64,000 nt of DNA, taken from Mytilus trossulus (taxonomy: Eukaryota). This document shows positions 12,019-25,087 of the stretch, in pieces. The notes beneath the pieces were generated by a model, which saw only the letters and a program-made list of their open reading frames with translations, did not search any database and had not been told where the DNA came from. The translations under genes were made by a program, and so were the position numbers. The DNA lies in NCBI RefSeq assembly GCF_036588685.1, contig NC_086382.1, forward strand, positions 48,422,001-48,486,000, given 5' to 3'. Each line of letters starts with the position of its first letter. The stretch's first letter is position 1.

Positions 12019-14178
12019 AGTTTCATGTAGAGCTTGTTAAAATATATAGCTGAATAAACGGTATGGTTTATGCTCTTTATTGGTGGTCGAAAGGTGACCT
12101 TCAGTTGCTTTAATCCATTTCCTTTAAACTGTTTACCTCTGTTTGATAGATTTTACATTGACAATCACATCTCATCTCTTTGTTTTATATTAAGTAATTA
12201 TCTATAAATATTGTTCGATGGTAAAAAATTTGTTTCTCTTATGAACGACGAAGTATAATGTCTTGTGTATCTCCAGTGTTTAAGCATTTTTATTGTAATT
12301 AGTACAAAGTCTAATGTGTTATAGATCTTATATGTACTTTAGTAGGTATCTAGGCGAAACAAATATTCCCAAGACCATCCAAATATTTTTTTATCTTTAT
12401 CATTTTTGATAAAAAGCCAGTATAGAAACTCTATTCTCACCCATCCACGTATTGGATAACGGGTCCCTTTACATAATGTACTGTTAGTGTATTGTCCATT
12501 GGTACATTGACTGATCCGTTACTAAGATATAGTTATCAGACCACAAAGACATATTTGTTGACAGATTAGTTTGTTTTGAAATATGATATAAGGTCATGGA
12601 TCAGTCTTATTTACCAAATAAAGATAAGCTCAACACCTTGTGTCAATCTTTAAATGGTCAGATCAGAAAGATAAATCTCTAACACGCATTAAATAATGTA
12701 AATGTTCATTTATAAAAACTTTTTACAATGATATATTCTATAAAGTAATTCTTTTTTCCGTGTGAATTCAAATTCTTGAATCTAAGTCAAATATTTTGTA
12801 TTATTACCAAAATGCGCGGGTTTTCAAGGGTGTATGCGTATTGTGGGAAGAATGTAAACTTTTTTAATGAGGAAAATGTACAAATTCTAGATAGATGTTA
12901 TATCAGATGTGCTTTTCGTTTTTCGTTTTGTTCAGATATTAGGCCGTTTGTTTTCCCCATTTGAATTTTTGTTACATTAGTCATGTCGTTGCCTTTTTTA
13001 GCTTGCAATGTGGTATGAATTTCGCTTATGGACGTTCAGGCTTATATTTGCCTTTTTTTAATGTTATTTGCTCTCTGATAGAATGTTGTCTCATTGGCAT
13101 TCGTACCAGATCTTTTTTATTTTTAAAAACACGCTACTCAAAATAACTTCAAAGTCTGCTCGAGTGCTTCGGAGGGGTACACAGTTCGTGAAAGTATTAT
13201 ACCAATCTAGTGTAAGTTTAGGTTGAGATTTTGGTAGTGAAAAAGAAGAACCACATGAACTTCAATTTTTCTTTTTTTAATAGATAGTGACTCTACCATA
13301 TGAAAAGTTTTGGACAATCAAACACATTTAAAATATTGCGACCATGAAAAATATAACAAACTATATTGAAGGTTACTGTTAGCAGTTATATCTGATAAAG
13401 TGAACTTTTATAATTAGTGAATAGAACAGTCATAATCTACCAATATTTCTCGGCTACATTACAATCTGCCCTCGAAATAAAAAAAAATTGTGTACATTGA
13501 ATTCGAAGCTGAATATCATTTAGAAATATAGATTCAAAATAAGACATGATTATAGTTATACTATAAAACAAGGTTAATTCCACATACTAGGTACCAGACT
13601 ATTTATTTTGAAATTGTATTGCCCAAAAATCTCATTTGATAGTATCTGTGACCACTTTAATAAGATAATTACTTTGACTGATATTATGAAACTAAAACAA
13701 AAACATTTTGCATAAAGATAGAATTGGAACCAAATTGGTCTTTGTAAAATTCTAAATTTTCAATAAATGTGCAGAATTATTTATGTTTCTAATAAAGAGT
13801 CATTTGGAATGAGTAAATTATGAGCCAGCTGTCTAGTAATGAAGAAAAAATTCAAAATAACATTTCATTGCATATACGAATATAACCATTACTGATCTTG
13901 TTCAAGCTTTAGTAACTATGTAACCTCAAGTATCCAAAATATTCTATAGAAACGCCAACTAACAACAGAATGAGACATTGAAATACCCACGATATTTGTT
14001 TATGACTCAGAAATATTTACTGTAGTGAAATGTAGGAATGATTTCCTACAACTGTCAAATTCAAGGAAATATTTGTTTTACCCTTTTTTGTGTGGAACTG
14101 GATTTGACATACACAACCGGATGTGATGTATCATGAATTGGTGATATGATATTACACCTAGGCTACACTTGCTATAAT

Positions 14179-14568
14179 AGACCACTTTCGAGTTCATCCG
14201 TCACCGGCAAAAACTCGTCAATTATACACGCCTTTATGACGTCATTTACCAGATAGAGGGGGTCGCCTGTATCCCTGAACTATATACGTTCATCAAGCGT
14301 CTTAGTGATCGTCATTGTGCAGTATAAACTAGAAATAATGGTTGCTCTGTAGGTACTTACTGACAATTCCCTAATGAAAGCAGTGTTGATTATCATTTTT
14401 GAGAATTCAATTTGCCAAATAATTCGTACAATACAGAACTATAGTTTTCCAACCACTCGCTCAGCATTAGACGGAAATGAAGACGCCCCTAAACGCACAA
14501 ATGACGGTGATAAAGGCGCGTATAATTGACGAGTTTTTGCCGGTGACGGATGAACTCGAAAGTGGTCT
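14179..14568. mobile_element. MITE (non-autonomous DNA transposon, 390 bp) with ~60-bp TIRs
   Basis: AGACCACTTTCGAGTTCATCCGTCACCGGCAAAAACTCGTCAATTATAC.CGCCTTTAT at the left end and its reverse complement at the right end (1 mismatch). Flanked by AT on both sides (possible 2-bp TSD). Confidence 0.9.
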
Positions 14569-15034
14569 ATTGTGGTATCTACACGTAGATGGCGTGTTGC
14601 AATGCTCTTGTCCAACATACCCTCGTGTCGAGGTATTGTGCACGACGTGTCATATCTACTGGATTGATTGTTAATACCGTTCTCGTTCTGCCAATGCATA
14701 ATATATTGGCTTTGGACTTTAACATACTACATACAATTAATTGATTTTGAATGTTAATTTTGTTCTTCTCTAAGATTGCTCTGACGACTGACGTCCTTTA
14801 TGAGGACTGCCGAGGCCGAGAGACGAGTATTGCGTGATTGCTATGACGTCTGTACGCATTTCTTTTCACTAATTGCTTAGTCCCCAACAAACCTTATATG
14901 TTAGAGCAATTTCAACTATTTTTTTTCTTTCAAATAGACTTTAATTATTGAATCTAGACAATTTTATCAAACAGGTAGAAAAGGTTGCAAATCGTTTGAA
15001 ATTCAAATAAGTCTGCTCTTTGGTTAACATTTGT

Positions 15035-15290
15035 TATGCTCCGCCTAGGGATGCTATGATTTTCGGTCTGTGCGTGCGTTCGTTTGTACGTCCTTCTGAT
15101 TGTCCCGCATCAAGTTAAAAGGTTGTGGTCAAGGTAGTTTTTGATGAAGTTGGAGTCAACAACTTGAAACGCAGTACAAATGTTCCCTATATATGATATA
15201 ATCAATCTAATTGTAACCACAATTGCACGGTCCACTGAATCTAGAAAGTACTAGTGCGAGTGGGGCATCCGTGTACTATGAATTCATTCT
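15035..15290 (+). mobile_element. Second HINE-like element (degenerate)
   Basis: ATGCTCC ... GTGC/GTTC/GTCC microsatellite-like core ... GGGGCATCCGTGT, a subterminal inverted repeat layout. Confidence 0.35.
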
Positions 15291-17713
15291 TATATTTTTA
15301 AAAATGTAAGATAGCTTATTTGAGACAGGTCGTCCTCTTTTTTTGACTGCAATGTAGTGCCAAATGCACCTTACTGTTTCATTTAACGTATTTTAACAGT
15401 ACAATGGGGTAGAAAAATAAATGTTTTGTCTAGACTTCATAAAATTCCCTCTATTTCGATCTTTTTTTTTTCGTATCTCGTTTTCATTTCGATGATGAGG
15501 TGGCCATGTTATATATTGATCAGCGAATTGTTCTATAAAATATAACACAGCAGTCTTATATCATGACTACAATACACTAAAGAACTTAGTCCTGTATTAC
15601 ACCTCTCCTGCAAAGAATATTATTTTAGAAATTAATTTAGACAACGATATTTGTTACTTTATCATTCTAACACCATTAATTGAAGTATCTTCACGCTGGG
15701 TGTGGGATCAAACAGTAAGTGTTTTTAAACATTCTCCTACATTGAAATAGTCGTTTTACTAGTGACTTATTGTCAGATATCAGTACTTTATTAAACTTAC
15801 GAGGAAAGTTATTGTCAATGCTGTCTTGTGTATAGACGGTTACCTAACAATTTATGCCTCACATGTAGTTGTTCATTAAACACCTGTTTGAGTACTAAAA
15901 GTCATGGATTAGGCTAAAATTCGTTGACACATGTATTGGTTATTAAAAACTTGTTTGTTACCTAGCTTCAATGCAAATGTATTGTAACGTCGACATGCGG
16001 AAATTAAATAAAGGCAAATGGTGTAACATCAGGAAACAAGACTTTCAAAAATTAAAATCTTTATGCACATGTTAAATTAACGAAAGCGTTTTTTGTAGAA
16101 TTTTTGTCAGGGCACAATAATATCTAAATAGGAAAAAATACATCAATTTTATTATACGCCTTTTGGTTAAGAAGAAATAAAGTTTAATGGGTAAAATTTA
16201 ACAGTAGGAAATGTCAAAACCATATAAACACTATGATTTTAAACATGCAAAGAATTTACTATATAAAAACCACAGAACAGAACCTTCGGCATTCCTCAAC
16301 AGTTTTTTCATGGAGAAGTAGAATCATACATGGAGTCACGTGTATTTTTCATTTTTCTGTTGTTTTATGCATGACTTAATGATGACAACAAAAGACAAAC
16401 AAAATCTCAGCAGGACAATACAATTTCTTTTCCATGTAACGATACTAATTTTGTATTTGTTTTTGTGTTTTGTACAAGATTTATGTCTTCCGTTAAATAA
16501 TGTCCTGTTGTAAATCTATACAAATTGAAATGTTAAGACTCTCCGAATAGGCATTCAACATGTAACAACGTAATCATTACTGTTATCCTATTATAATAAA
16601 TGAAAGGACTATTCTTTTAAGTGGTCTCAGCTAGGATCTCGAATCTGTAATTTGGACTTAAAAACAAGTATTTTTGGAAAAGAATCTTTTTTTTCAAATG
16701 ATCAAATTATTAAACAAATCTAACATTAATTGTTATGAAGAGATAAAAAAGATTTCTGGTTGTATAATATAAACACATTAAACGAGTATGATCATCATTG
16801 CAATTCTCACCATTATCTCTGTTGTTCTTTCGTCATCCCTGTCCCCTTTTCCGTATTCTAGTCTAGTGATATTTATGTTTGTTTGTTTTTTTATTATATA
16901 ATGCATGCTCACATTCAAATTATAATGTTATAATATTGTATCGTGGAGAAAACTTCATAAGTATGTTTTACTTGTGTCTGATCCTTTTTGCTTTGAGCAA
17001 ATAAAATATTTCGAATCTAAAACGATATATATGCATAATACCGAAGCACAAAACCTTGCGTATTAAATTAAAAAATCAAAGCTTCCCTTTAGATATAACA
17101 TTTGGAAAATTTGCGTTTAAGCAAAACAAATCATACCTCATTCCCAAGACGTATAATAGAACAAAACAGTATTTGGAGTTTTTGGTTTATTTTTTTATAA
17201 CAATTGTACAGTAACCAGTAAAAATAAAATGCTGACCAACAATTGAGAATAAACGACTCTAGAGGAAATGTTATACAAGGGAGAAAGCGTTCTTCGTCAT
17301 CGATGTTATAGATTTACAATAAATTATTCATTAGAAATACTTGTAACACATATACACTGAACATTCAACATTATATTGCAGTGAACAGCGTCGTGTAAAT
17401 CAGAATAAATTAGCATTTTACAACACGGAAGCGTGTCAAGTTCTCTATTAGAATAAGTTAGCATCTTTCAACACTGAAATGTGTCAAGTTCTGTCAATTT
17501 TATATCAAACACTATGTCACTTGAAAACAGTTCCTCTCCCACAAGTCGCGACACTGATGAATGTATTGCACACATTGCTCAGAGTGTGTCTTCTATTCAT
17601 TTATATATCGGTAGTAACGGCGTCCTGAGTGTAAAGTATTGAGCGATACCAACATGGTATTTTGTCGAAGAATGCTAAGCTTTCAATGAAGCTTTTTGTC
17701 GTCCAAGTCTAAC

Positions 17714-18435
17714 TTAATCACTATCGCTGTCACTACTTTGTGAATATTTCCATAATTTTACATTTGTTCTGAAGAGTCCTTTGTCTGCACATTCATCATT
17801 ATCGCCGTCGCTGTCGGATGAACTGCTAGATACATCTGAAATAGTACATAAATACTTTTACAATAAATTCGTGTAATAAAAGATACAATGTTTTGGCTAT
17901 TTTTAATTTGAACTCTTCCATATATTTTCATGTTGCTATGACCATGAATGCATGGGTACTATCAGCTTTAGCATAATTAATGTTGATATAAAAATTTCCT
18001 TTTTTTTTTAAACTTATAACTTACAAAATATGAACAACTTAACACAGATGAAAGAAGTTGAATGAAACATCAATTCCACCTCTAACTGAAATAAAAAAAA
18101 TCACTGCTTTTGAAAAGACGAATATTAACAGAACGCACACAGAATTGTAATATTAGTTTATCATTTTCAATAAATTATATATAAGCTTAGATACCTTCGT
18201 CAATTTTGGTCAGCTCTGCCGCCTTGAAAGCATCTGATAGTAATGTACGGCGCCCCCTGTTGCTAACTCGTACCCGTTTAGTACTTTTACTTTTCTTGCT
18301 GAGTTGTTGTATACTGTTGTTGATATTTAACAACTGTTTCATCAGCTGTACGTCCTGGTTTCTCATTTCACTCAACTCGTTTCTCAGCACAGCCAGAGCA
18401 CTGGTAACTCTCTCTGTAGCATTGTCGTTGGCCAT
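17714..18435 (-). CDS. LURAP1/FAM89-like small protein, paralog B (2 coding exons, 120 aa)
   Basis: Exon 18435-18195 (MANDNATERVTSALAVLRNELSEMRNQDVQLMKQLLNINNSIQQL...KIDE, donor GTATCT) and exon 17835-17714 (tatttcag/DVSSSSSDSDGDNDECADKGLFRTNVKLWKYSQSSDSDSD*). In frame, 363 nt. Confidence 0.88.
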
Positions 18436-18524
18436 TTTAAGTCGTTAGTAAACTAACTTTGTCTAAGTTTAAATAGTATTTCGTGATCAGTAGCGGATTT
18501 TCTACCGAACTAAGCGGATTCCCG

Positions 18525-18547
18525 TTTATATACTTACAGAACAATAG
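18525..18547 (-). promoter_or_regulatory. TATA box with adjacent conserved ACAAT motif, paralog B
   Basis: Minus strand CTATTGTTCTGTAAGTATATAAA, about 90 nt upstream of the ATG. The same arrangement occurs at paralogs C and D. Confidence 0.6.
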
Positions 18548-20277
18548 TTAGCTATTAGCTGATTATTCTATCTTACCACGTGACTTACTAATTGTCAATT
18601 TAAAACGGGTTTACAATAAATTTACATTGAATATAAAGGCCTTACAATATTATGGAAAACTTTTTTTATGCTCTACGCCTTATAGAGGTCATGAACAAAA
18701 TTAGATAATAATACTGAACATCTAAAATTATTTATTTTGAATTTGAAATGTTATATTTTATAATTTTATCAAACTAAATTACCTTTATTGAAAATATTCT
18801 GATCATAAATTTTTCCATCATCATCAGTCTTAATTCTTGATATATATTTTTATACAAGGGTGCTACCAATACTATAAATTGATTCAATACGTGACGTTTT
18901 CATTTCCTTTTTTGTTTGCCTAGTAAAACGCTTTATGTTGAATTGAATCTGCCATACAGAAAACTAATAAACAAAATCTGCACAGTTGGGAATAAGAAAT
19001 TTACACATGTACACGATAGTCAGGTTTCCTGATACAATATTTTCAAAACTTTAAGCTAACTTCCAAATCCGGAACCATTTTAAAAGTACACTAAGGTATT
19101 AAAACGATCTGTATCTAGTTTTTTTGGTGTTTTTTTTCATAGTCTTTGAAAGTAGTAAGTGTTTGACTTGTGTTGGTTCATCGGGATAACATTACTATAT
19201 TAAAGTCAATTTAGTCATGTGCTTTCTCAATCTTATAAGTTGATATTATATACAGTGAGCTTGGTATACATGTACTTGTTATAACATGTGCTTATTGTTG
19301 AAGGCCGTATGATGACCTATAGTTGTTAAAATGTTTGTGTCGTTTGGTCTCTTGTGGAGAGTTGCCCTCATTCGCTATCATTCCACATCTTCTTTTTTTT
19401 TTATATTAAAGACCTAAATTTCAGTATTTTTGTTTGCTCATTACTCCTTACAACAGCAGCCTTCTACAAATGTATATGATCGACAAGTTAACCGATGTTT
19501 TTTGTTGTATATTTATAAATGTAAAATATTCGGTGCTATATTCGCGACTTTGAATTTACCTTCGAATCATCAAGATCATTTTACCGCAAGAGTGTCTCAT
19601 TGTAAAATCACCATCGATTTTGTGTAACATGTATTTTGATTAAACAAATAATGTTTTTTAGGATGAAAAAATGTGTTGAAAAGTTATGGTTCATTTGCAT
19701 GTACATGTATTTGAGATATTTAAATACCAAAATTTCAAGTGGTTGTATTTAAAAGTGCATCAAAACCGTATATATTTTGTGTTGTTAACAAATCACTTCA
19801 TAATGTATATTATTGACTACTAAGAAGAAGATACTAAATGATAAAATAAGTCTTAATAAATTAATAATTATTTAATCTTTAATTGATCATAACAATTGTA
19901 AAAAACAATAACGTAAGTCAAATACATTTGACTGTGTAAATAAATAAGTTGTCTTTGGTAGGAAAGCCTACGACTGCACCGCCATCTCATAAATAGTCAT
20001 AAATAAAACTAGTCATATTTCCCGTTAAAAGATTCAGGTCTTTGAATAGCACCATACAGTCATTATATTGCACGTTTATAATTCTTGACACATCTCCAAT
20101 CTTTTAGATTCAGAGGAACGCGGATCTCATGCGGTTTAACATATTCTCACTCTAGACTCAAATGTCCTAGTCTCTTTGGAATGTTTTCTAATCCGTTTAA
20201 GTTTACCCGGAACTCGGATGTATCCTACATCCTGTATTCTTTGTATTTTCAGATTCTGAATTGTAAATGAAGTGTGT

Positions 20278-20845
20278 CTATTTACTGTCCACTGATTTGG
20301 CATACTTCCATAATTTCACGTTTGTTTTGAACACGTCTTCATCTGAACTTGAACAGCTATCGTCATCACTCTCAGACATAACTGCATCTGGAAAAATAAA
20401 AGAATAAAACAATTAAAATTTAGTTCAACCATGTTGAATAGTTAGTTTATTCATAATTACGCTACAATATCCGACTTTTTAATTTTACGATATAATAATA
20501 TATATATATATTTTTACATTTATTTTACCGTACGACACAGCAGACAACAATTAAAAAAATTAAAACATCTTATTTTTTTTTCATTTAAAAATATAGAAAA
20601 TTTGCTAAATCAAAGTTTTAATTACCTTCATTTATTTTTGACATCGTTGATGATCTCATGAGTTCCTTTAATGTAGCCTTTCGATTTCTGTTTGAAGATT
20701 TGCTCTTTTTCTGTTTCTTAATCAGCTGTTGGATACTGCTATTGAGATTAAGTAACTGCTTCATTAACTGGACATCCTGACTTCTCACCTCATTCAGTTC
20801 TGTTCTCAGGACAGCCAATGCACTGCTTACTCTATCTGTTGCCAT
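20278..20845 (-). CDS. LURAP1/FAM89-like small protein, paralog C (2 coding exons, 109 aa)
   Basis: Exon 20845-20626 (MATDRVSSALAVLRTELNEVRSQDVQLMKQLLNLNSSIQQL...KINE, donor GTAATT) and exon 20387-20278 (ttttccag/DAVMSESDDDSCSSSDEDVFKTNVKLWKYAKSVDSK*). In frame, 330 nt. Confidence 0.88.
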
Positions 20846-20925
20846 TTTACTTATATATTTCCCTTTTAATGTTCCCAGTTAGCTTTCACATGTAGATATG
20901 ATTAAATGATCGATTCACCTGTGCC

Positions 20926-20948
20926 TTATATACCCACAGACACAATAC
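20926..20948 (-). promoter_or_regulatory. TATA box with conserved ACAAT motif, paralog C
   Basis: Minus strand GTATTGTGTCTGTGGGTATATAA, about 80 nt upstream of the ATG. Confidence 0.55.
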
Positions 20949-21382
20949 TACAGCTAGGGGTATATCACTGGTTGATCGAATTTCACCTATTTGTCAGACC
21001 ACCACTATTACTATTAATTTCTAAGGCCAATAGAGAGATTATTGTTTAAATGCCACATCGATGAAATAATGTAACACCCGTGAGGATATTAGTAGGTCTG
21101 TACACTGTATGACCGGTCAATGATATCATTTATGGATAGAACAGAAAGTATATGATTACTGTACGTGGATTTATTACGACATTTGGATAAACTATTTATT
21201 TTTCATATATACACGTCTCACGTATTACATAAAACCTCATCAATATGTCAATTTTGATATGTGCATTTTCTTCGCTTAATATATTAAAATGAAAAGACTG
21301 TTCAAATTAAAACGCCATTTCAACAATTCAGGGGGTCTTTGATTTGATTACCGTTATACCAATTTTACAGAACACAGATATA

Positions 21383-21776
21383 GGAAGATGTGGTATGAGT
21401 GCCAATGAGACAACATCCCATCCAAATCACAATTTAAAAAAGTAAACCATTATAAGTCAATGAACGAACTGCAACACGGAGCATTGGCTCACACCGAACA
21501 ACAAGCTATAAAGGGCCCCCAAAATACTAGTGTAAAACCATTCAAACGGGAAAACCAACGGTCTAACCTATATAAAAAACGAGAGACGAGAAATACGTAT
21601 GAATTACATAAACAAACGACATTACTGTACATCAGATTCCTGACTTAGGACAGGTGCAAACATTTGCAGCGGGATTAAACGTTTTAATGGTACCAAACCT
21701 TCTCCCTTTTTCTGAAACAATATCATAACATCACAATATAGGAAAACACACGATAAAATATCAATTGGCAGGCTTA
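21383..21776 (+). mobile_element. Copy of the same dispersed repeat family
   Basis: GGAAGATGTGGTATGAGTGCCAATGAGACAAC start; collinear with 8995-9330 and with the reverse complement of 41545-41732. Confidence 0.65.
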
Positions 21777-24418
21777 ATACCTATATTTATAATTTTTTAG
21801 TTCTCGTCATGAGATTTTATGAAATATCTGTCACTGATGTTAATCAAGTAATAATCCAGCAATAACACCTTACGTGATAAAAGCTCCGTATGATGTGTAT
21901 GTTTTATGTTGACACAATCTATTATTCTTTCATCCCTTATGATTTCAAATCTGACCAACATTACTCGGTCTGTGCATTACAAAACCATGCAATTTAAAAG
22001 AGTACATGAAATACTGTTAACTTTTGCCATATTTTAAAACAATTTCATACTCCTGACCCAATGACCAAGAATCATAAATTTTAAAAGAGTGAGGAAAATT
22101 GTGTGTCCTTCCAAAAATACCATTATAATCATATTAACAAGCACGATTACAAATCTGATTTATAGGACTAATAGGAATTTTAATTGGCAGCATTGACTGC
22201 TAGTTGATTGGTAAACGTCCAGTGACAAATAGTTCGTGTATGTTCAAGACGATTTCTTTAGTTGTTTACTCGTTTTGAATCATCTTGCTATTTGTAAAGC
22301 ATGTAATTTCCCTAAATAGAATACTTAACAAAATAAATATTCGACGAACTGACCGCTAACATGTTTAACCCCGCCACATTCTGTTTGTATGTGCCTTTCC
22401 AAAGTCAGGGCTTGTCATTCAGGGGTTGTCGATTGTTGATGTGTTACATATTTGTTTTTCGTTCATTTTTTGTACATTTGGCATTTCAGCGCCTTTTAGA
22501 TGACTATGTGGTATGGGCTTTGTTCAATGTTGAAGGCCGCACGGTGACCTATAGTTGTTCATTTTTGTATTATTGCCGTTGCATTTTATATGACCAAATG
22601 GTTAACTTAACAAAACGTTTATTGGATGTACAGAAAATGTATCTGCGAAGTTTTTAGGGGACGATCATCTTATATCTAAGAGGGCAGGTGATGCAGCAGG
22701 ATGATTTTATAAATGAAACTCCTGATCAGCCTGGAGCTGAAAATATATAACCTTGCGCGAGATGGACTAACATTTTAAAGTATGCACAAATTGAAGGAAT
22801 AAGTTGAATACAAACGTAAAAAAAGAATAGTCAAAACTCAAAAAATTCTCCTGGTCATCTCTTCCCCCAAATATATCAAATGGTTGTCCAGCTTAATACA
22901 AGACGTTTGGAAATAATTTTCATTTAAACGTACATGTATGACCGTTTCCAATAGTGGTACTCTATATGGAAGAAGAAGTCATGCATTGGAGAAAAAAACG
23001 TATGGTGAACTCATTTGTTTTTCAACACATACAAATATAATTAACATGCGTTACACGTGAAACCAATATAATGTTTCCTTTTCCTATTTCACTTTTACGC
23101 CAGAGTTTATTTAATATTGAATAACCACTTTCTCCCCTGCTACGAATTCTTTACTTGTGTCGAACAGTCCTCCATTGTTCCGTTTCATTAGGTCTTTAAG
23201 GACAGAAATAATTTTTTGTCTCTTGTGGAGTATTGAGTTTCATTGTTTACTATCTGCTTTGTTTTGATTTATTTCTTTGTTTTATGTAAATACAATAAAT
23301 TGATGTCATTTGAAGGTGTTTCATGTACATTATTTATTTCTGCGTACTAACTTTTTTCTGTTTGTATTTTTTGTTAAATATTTGAAAGTGTATTTTTTTT
23401 AGATACATTTTCATAGTATTGTGAAGTTGCACAATATTACATCTTCCGTATTGTCATTTTGGGAGTATGTTTGTGCATACCGCTAGAAATATTTACCATT
23501 TCACAGAACCACCTCATGACCAGAATATTTGATGACTGCAATCCCTAACACAGTACAAAAACCATGTAGAACAAAATGTAAATTTGCATTTATAAGAGTT
23601 GAAAAAGATTTTTAAAAAGATTTTAAGATAGCTGACAGGACATTACATTTATGATTTTAAACGAACTGGCAAAATATAATTTTTTTTTTTTTGCAATGTG
23701 GACTAAAGCCTAGATCATCAATATTATCAATCCCAGTTGGTCTGGATGGGTTACCCCATGTCTCCTTTAGTAAACACATGATATTCCTTCTTTGACTGTG
23801 CAGAAGACCTCCAAAAACATTGAAAGTGCCTTGTCAATTTGTTTTGTTTCTTCCCGGCGTGAATACTTCAATTAAACATTCGACAGCTAGACAGTAAGTA
23901 CATATTGAAATATAAACCAAATAAAAAACAAAAACCATAAGGAGCCAATGACACTAGGAGGTGATATATCAATCATTGAAATTATACCTAGGTACAGTAT
24001 AGCAAGAAAAACATATATAAATATATTTCAAATAAATTTAATATATTAAAATCATGATAACAATTGTATAAAGTTAACAATAAAGTAGTCGATTTGACCA
24101 TGTGTCGGTAAAATAATTACAATTAGAGATAACGTAATAAATAGAAAATAGTGTTAATTCATCATTTCGATAAAGAATGTTATTTTAAGCATTTTCTTGT
24201 TCCAATCCATTACTCTGATTTGAGTTCTGCGATTTCGCATATGCACTGTGTCCTATAAATACGATTTCTCTCCTATGTAACAGCACCATTTAAAGTTTAT
24301 TGCACAATGTCTTGAGCTATTGGCAGTAGATCTGAATATCATCAGAAAACTCGTCTTCTTGCGATACTAAACTTTGTATCTTGTTAGTTTGGCAGTGTAT
24401 AAAATGTTTGTTAAATGT

Positions 24419-24988
24419 CTAATCACTGTCTTCCGATGATTGTGAATATTTCCACAATTTAACGTTTGTTCTGAAGATTTCTTCATCTGAACTTGTATCG
24501 CTTTCATAATCACTTTCTGATGAACTTGATGTACTATCTGAAAATATAAATTAAGACAAATATTAAGTCACAGTTCTTTTGAATATAAATTTTAATATTG
24601 TATTCATAAGATTTCAAAATAAAGTATAAAATAAATGTTTACGTTATCATATGCTTATATTAAATAAATTAAAAAGTTGGGTGATAAAATGTCGAAATTA
24701 TCATTATTATTTTTTTTTTAAATTTTATTGAAACATAGATATTGAACGATAATTACCTTCATCAATTTTGCTGAGTGTTGAAGTTCGGATCATTTCTTTG
24801 AAGTTTGTTTTCTGACTTTTGGATCCTTTACTTCTTTTAGAAGATTTTTGTTTCTTTGTCAGCTGTTGAATGCTGTTGTTGATGTTCATTAATTGTTTCA
24901 TCAGTTGTACATCTTGGTTTCTCATGTCACTCAACTCAGTTCTCAAGGCAGCAAGAGCTGTATTTACTCTTTCTGTAGCGTTGGCCAT
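24419..24988 (-). CDS. LURAP1/FAM89-like small protein, paralog D (2 coding exons, 116 aa)
   Basis: Exon 24988-24757 (MANATERVNTALAALRTELSDMRNQDVQLMKQLMNINNSIQQL...KIDE, donor GTAATT) and exon 24537-24419 (ttttcag/DSTSSSSESDYESDTSSDEEIFRTNVKLWKYSQSSEDSD*). In frame, 351 nt. Confidence 0.88.
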
Positions 24989-25063
24989 TGTTTTTCTGTA
25001 ATGTTTTTTGACGTGTAAATGTAGACGTAAAATGTAATAATAAAAGTTAGAAGAAATTTGCTC

Positions 25064-25087
25064 TTTATATACTTTCAGAAACAATAG
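25064..25087 (-). promoter_or_regulatory. TATA box with conserved ACAAT motif, paralog D
   Basis: Minus strand CTATTGTTTCTGAAAGTATATAAA, about 76 nt upstream of the ATG. Confidence 0.6.

Noticed and set aside
14439-14699. ORFs 14439..14699 and 14477..14674
   Set aside because: They overlap the GC-richer MITE TIR and have no transposase motifs.
18206-18448. Plus-strand ORFs opposite paralogs (also 7536..7748 and 32462..32740)
   Set aside because: Antisense shadows of the real minus-strand exons.
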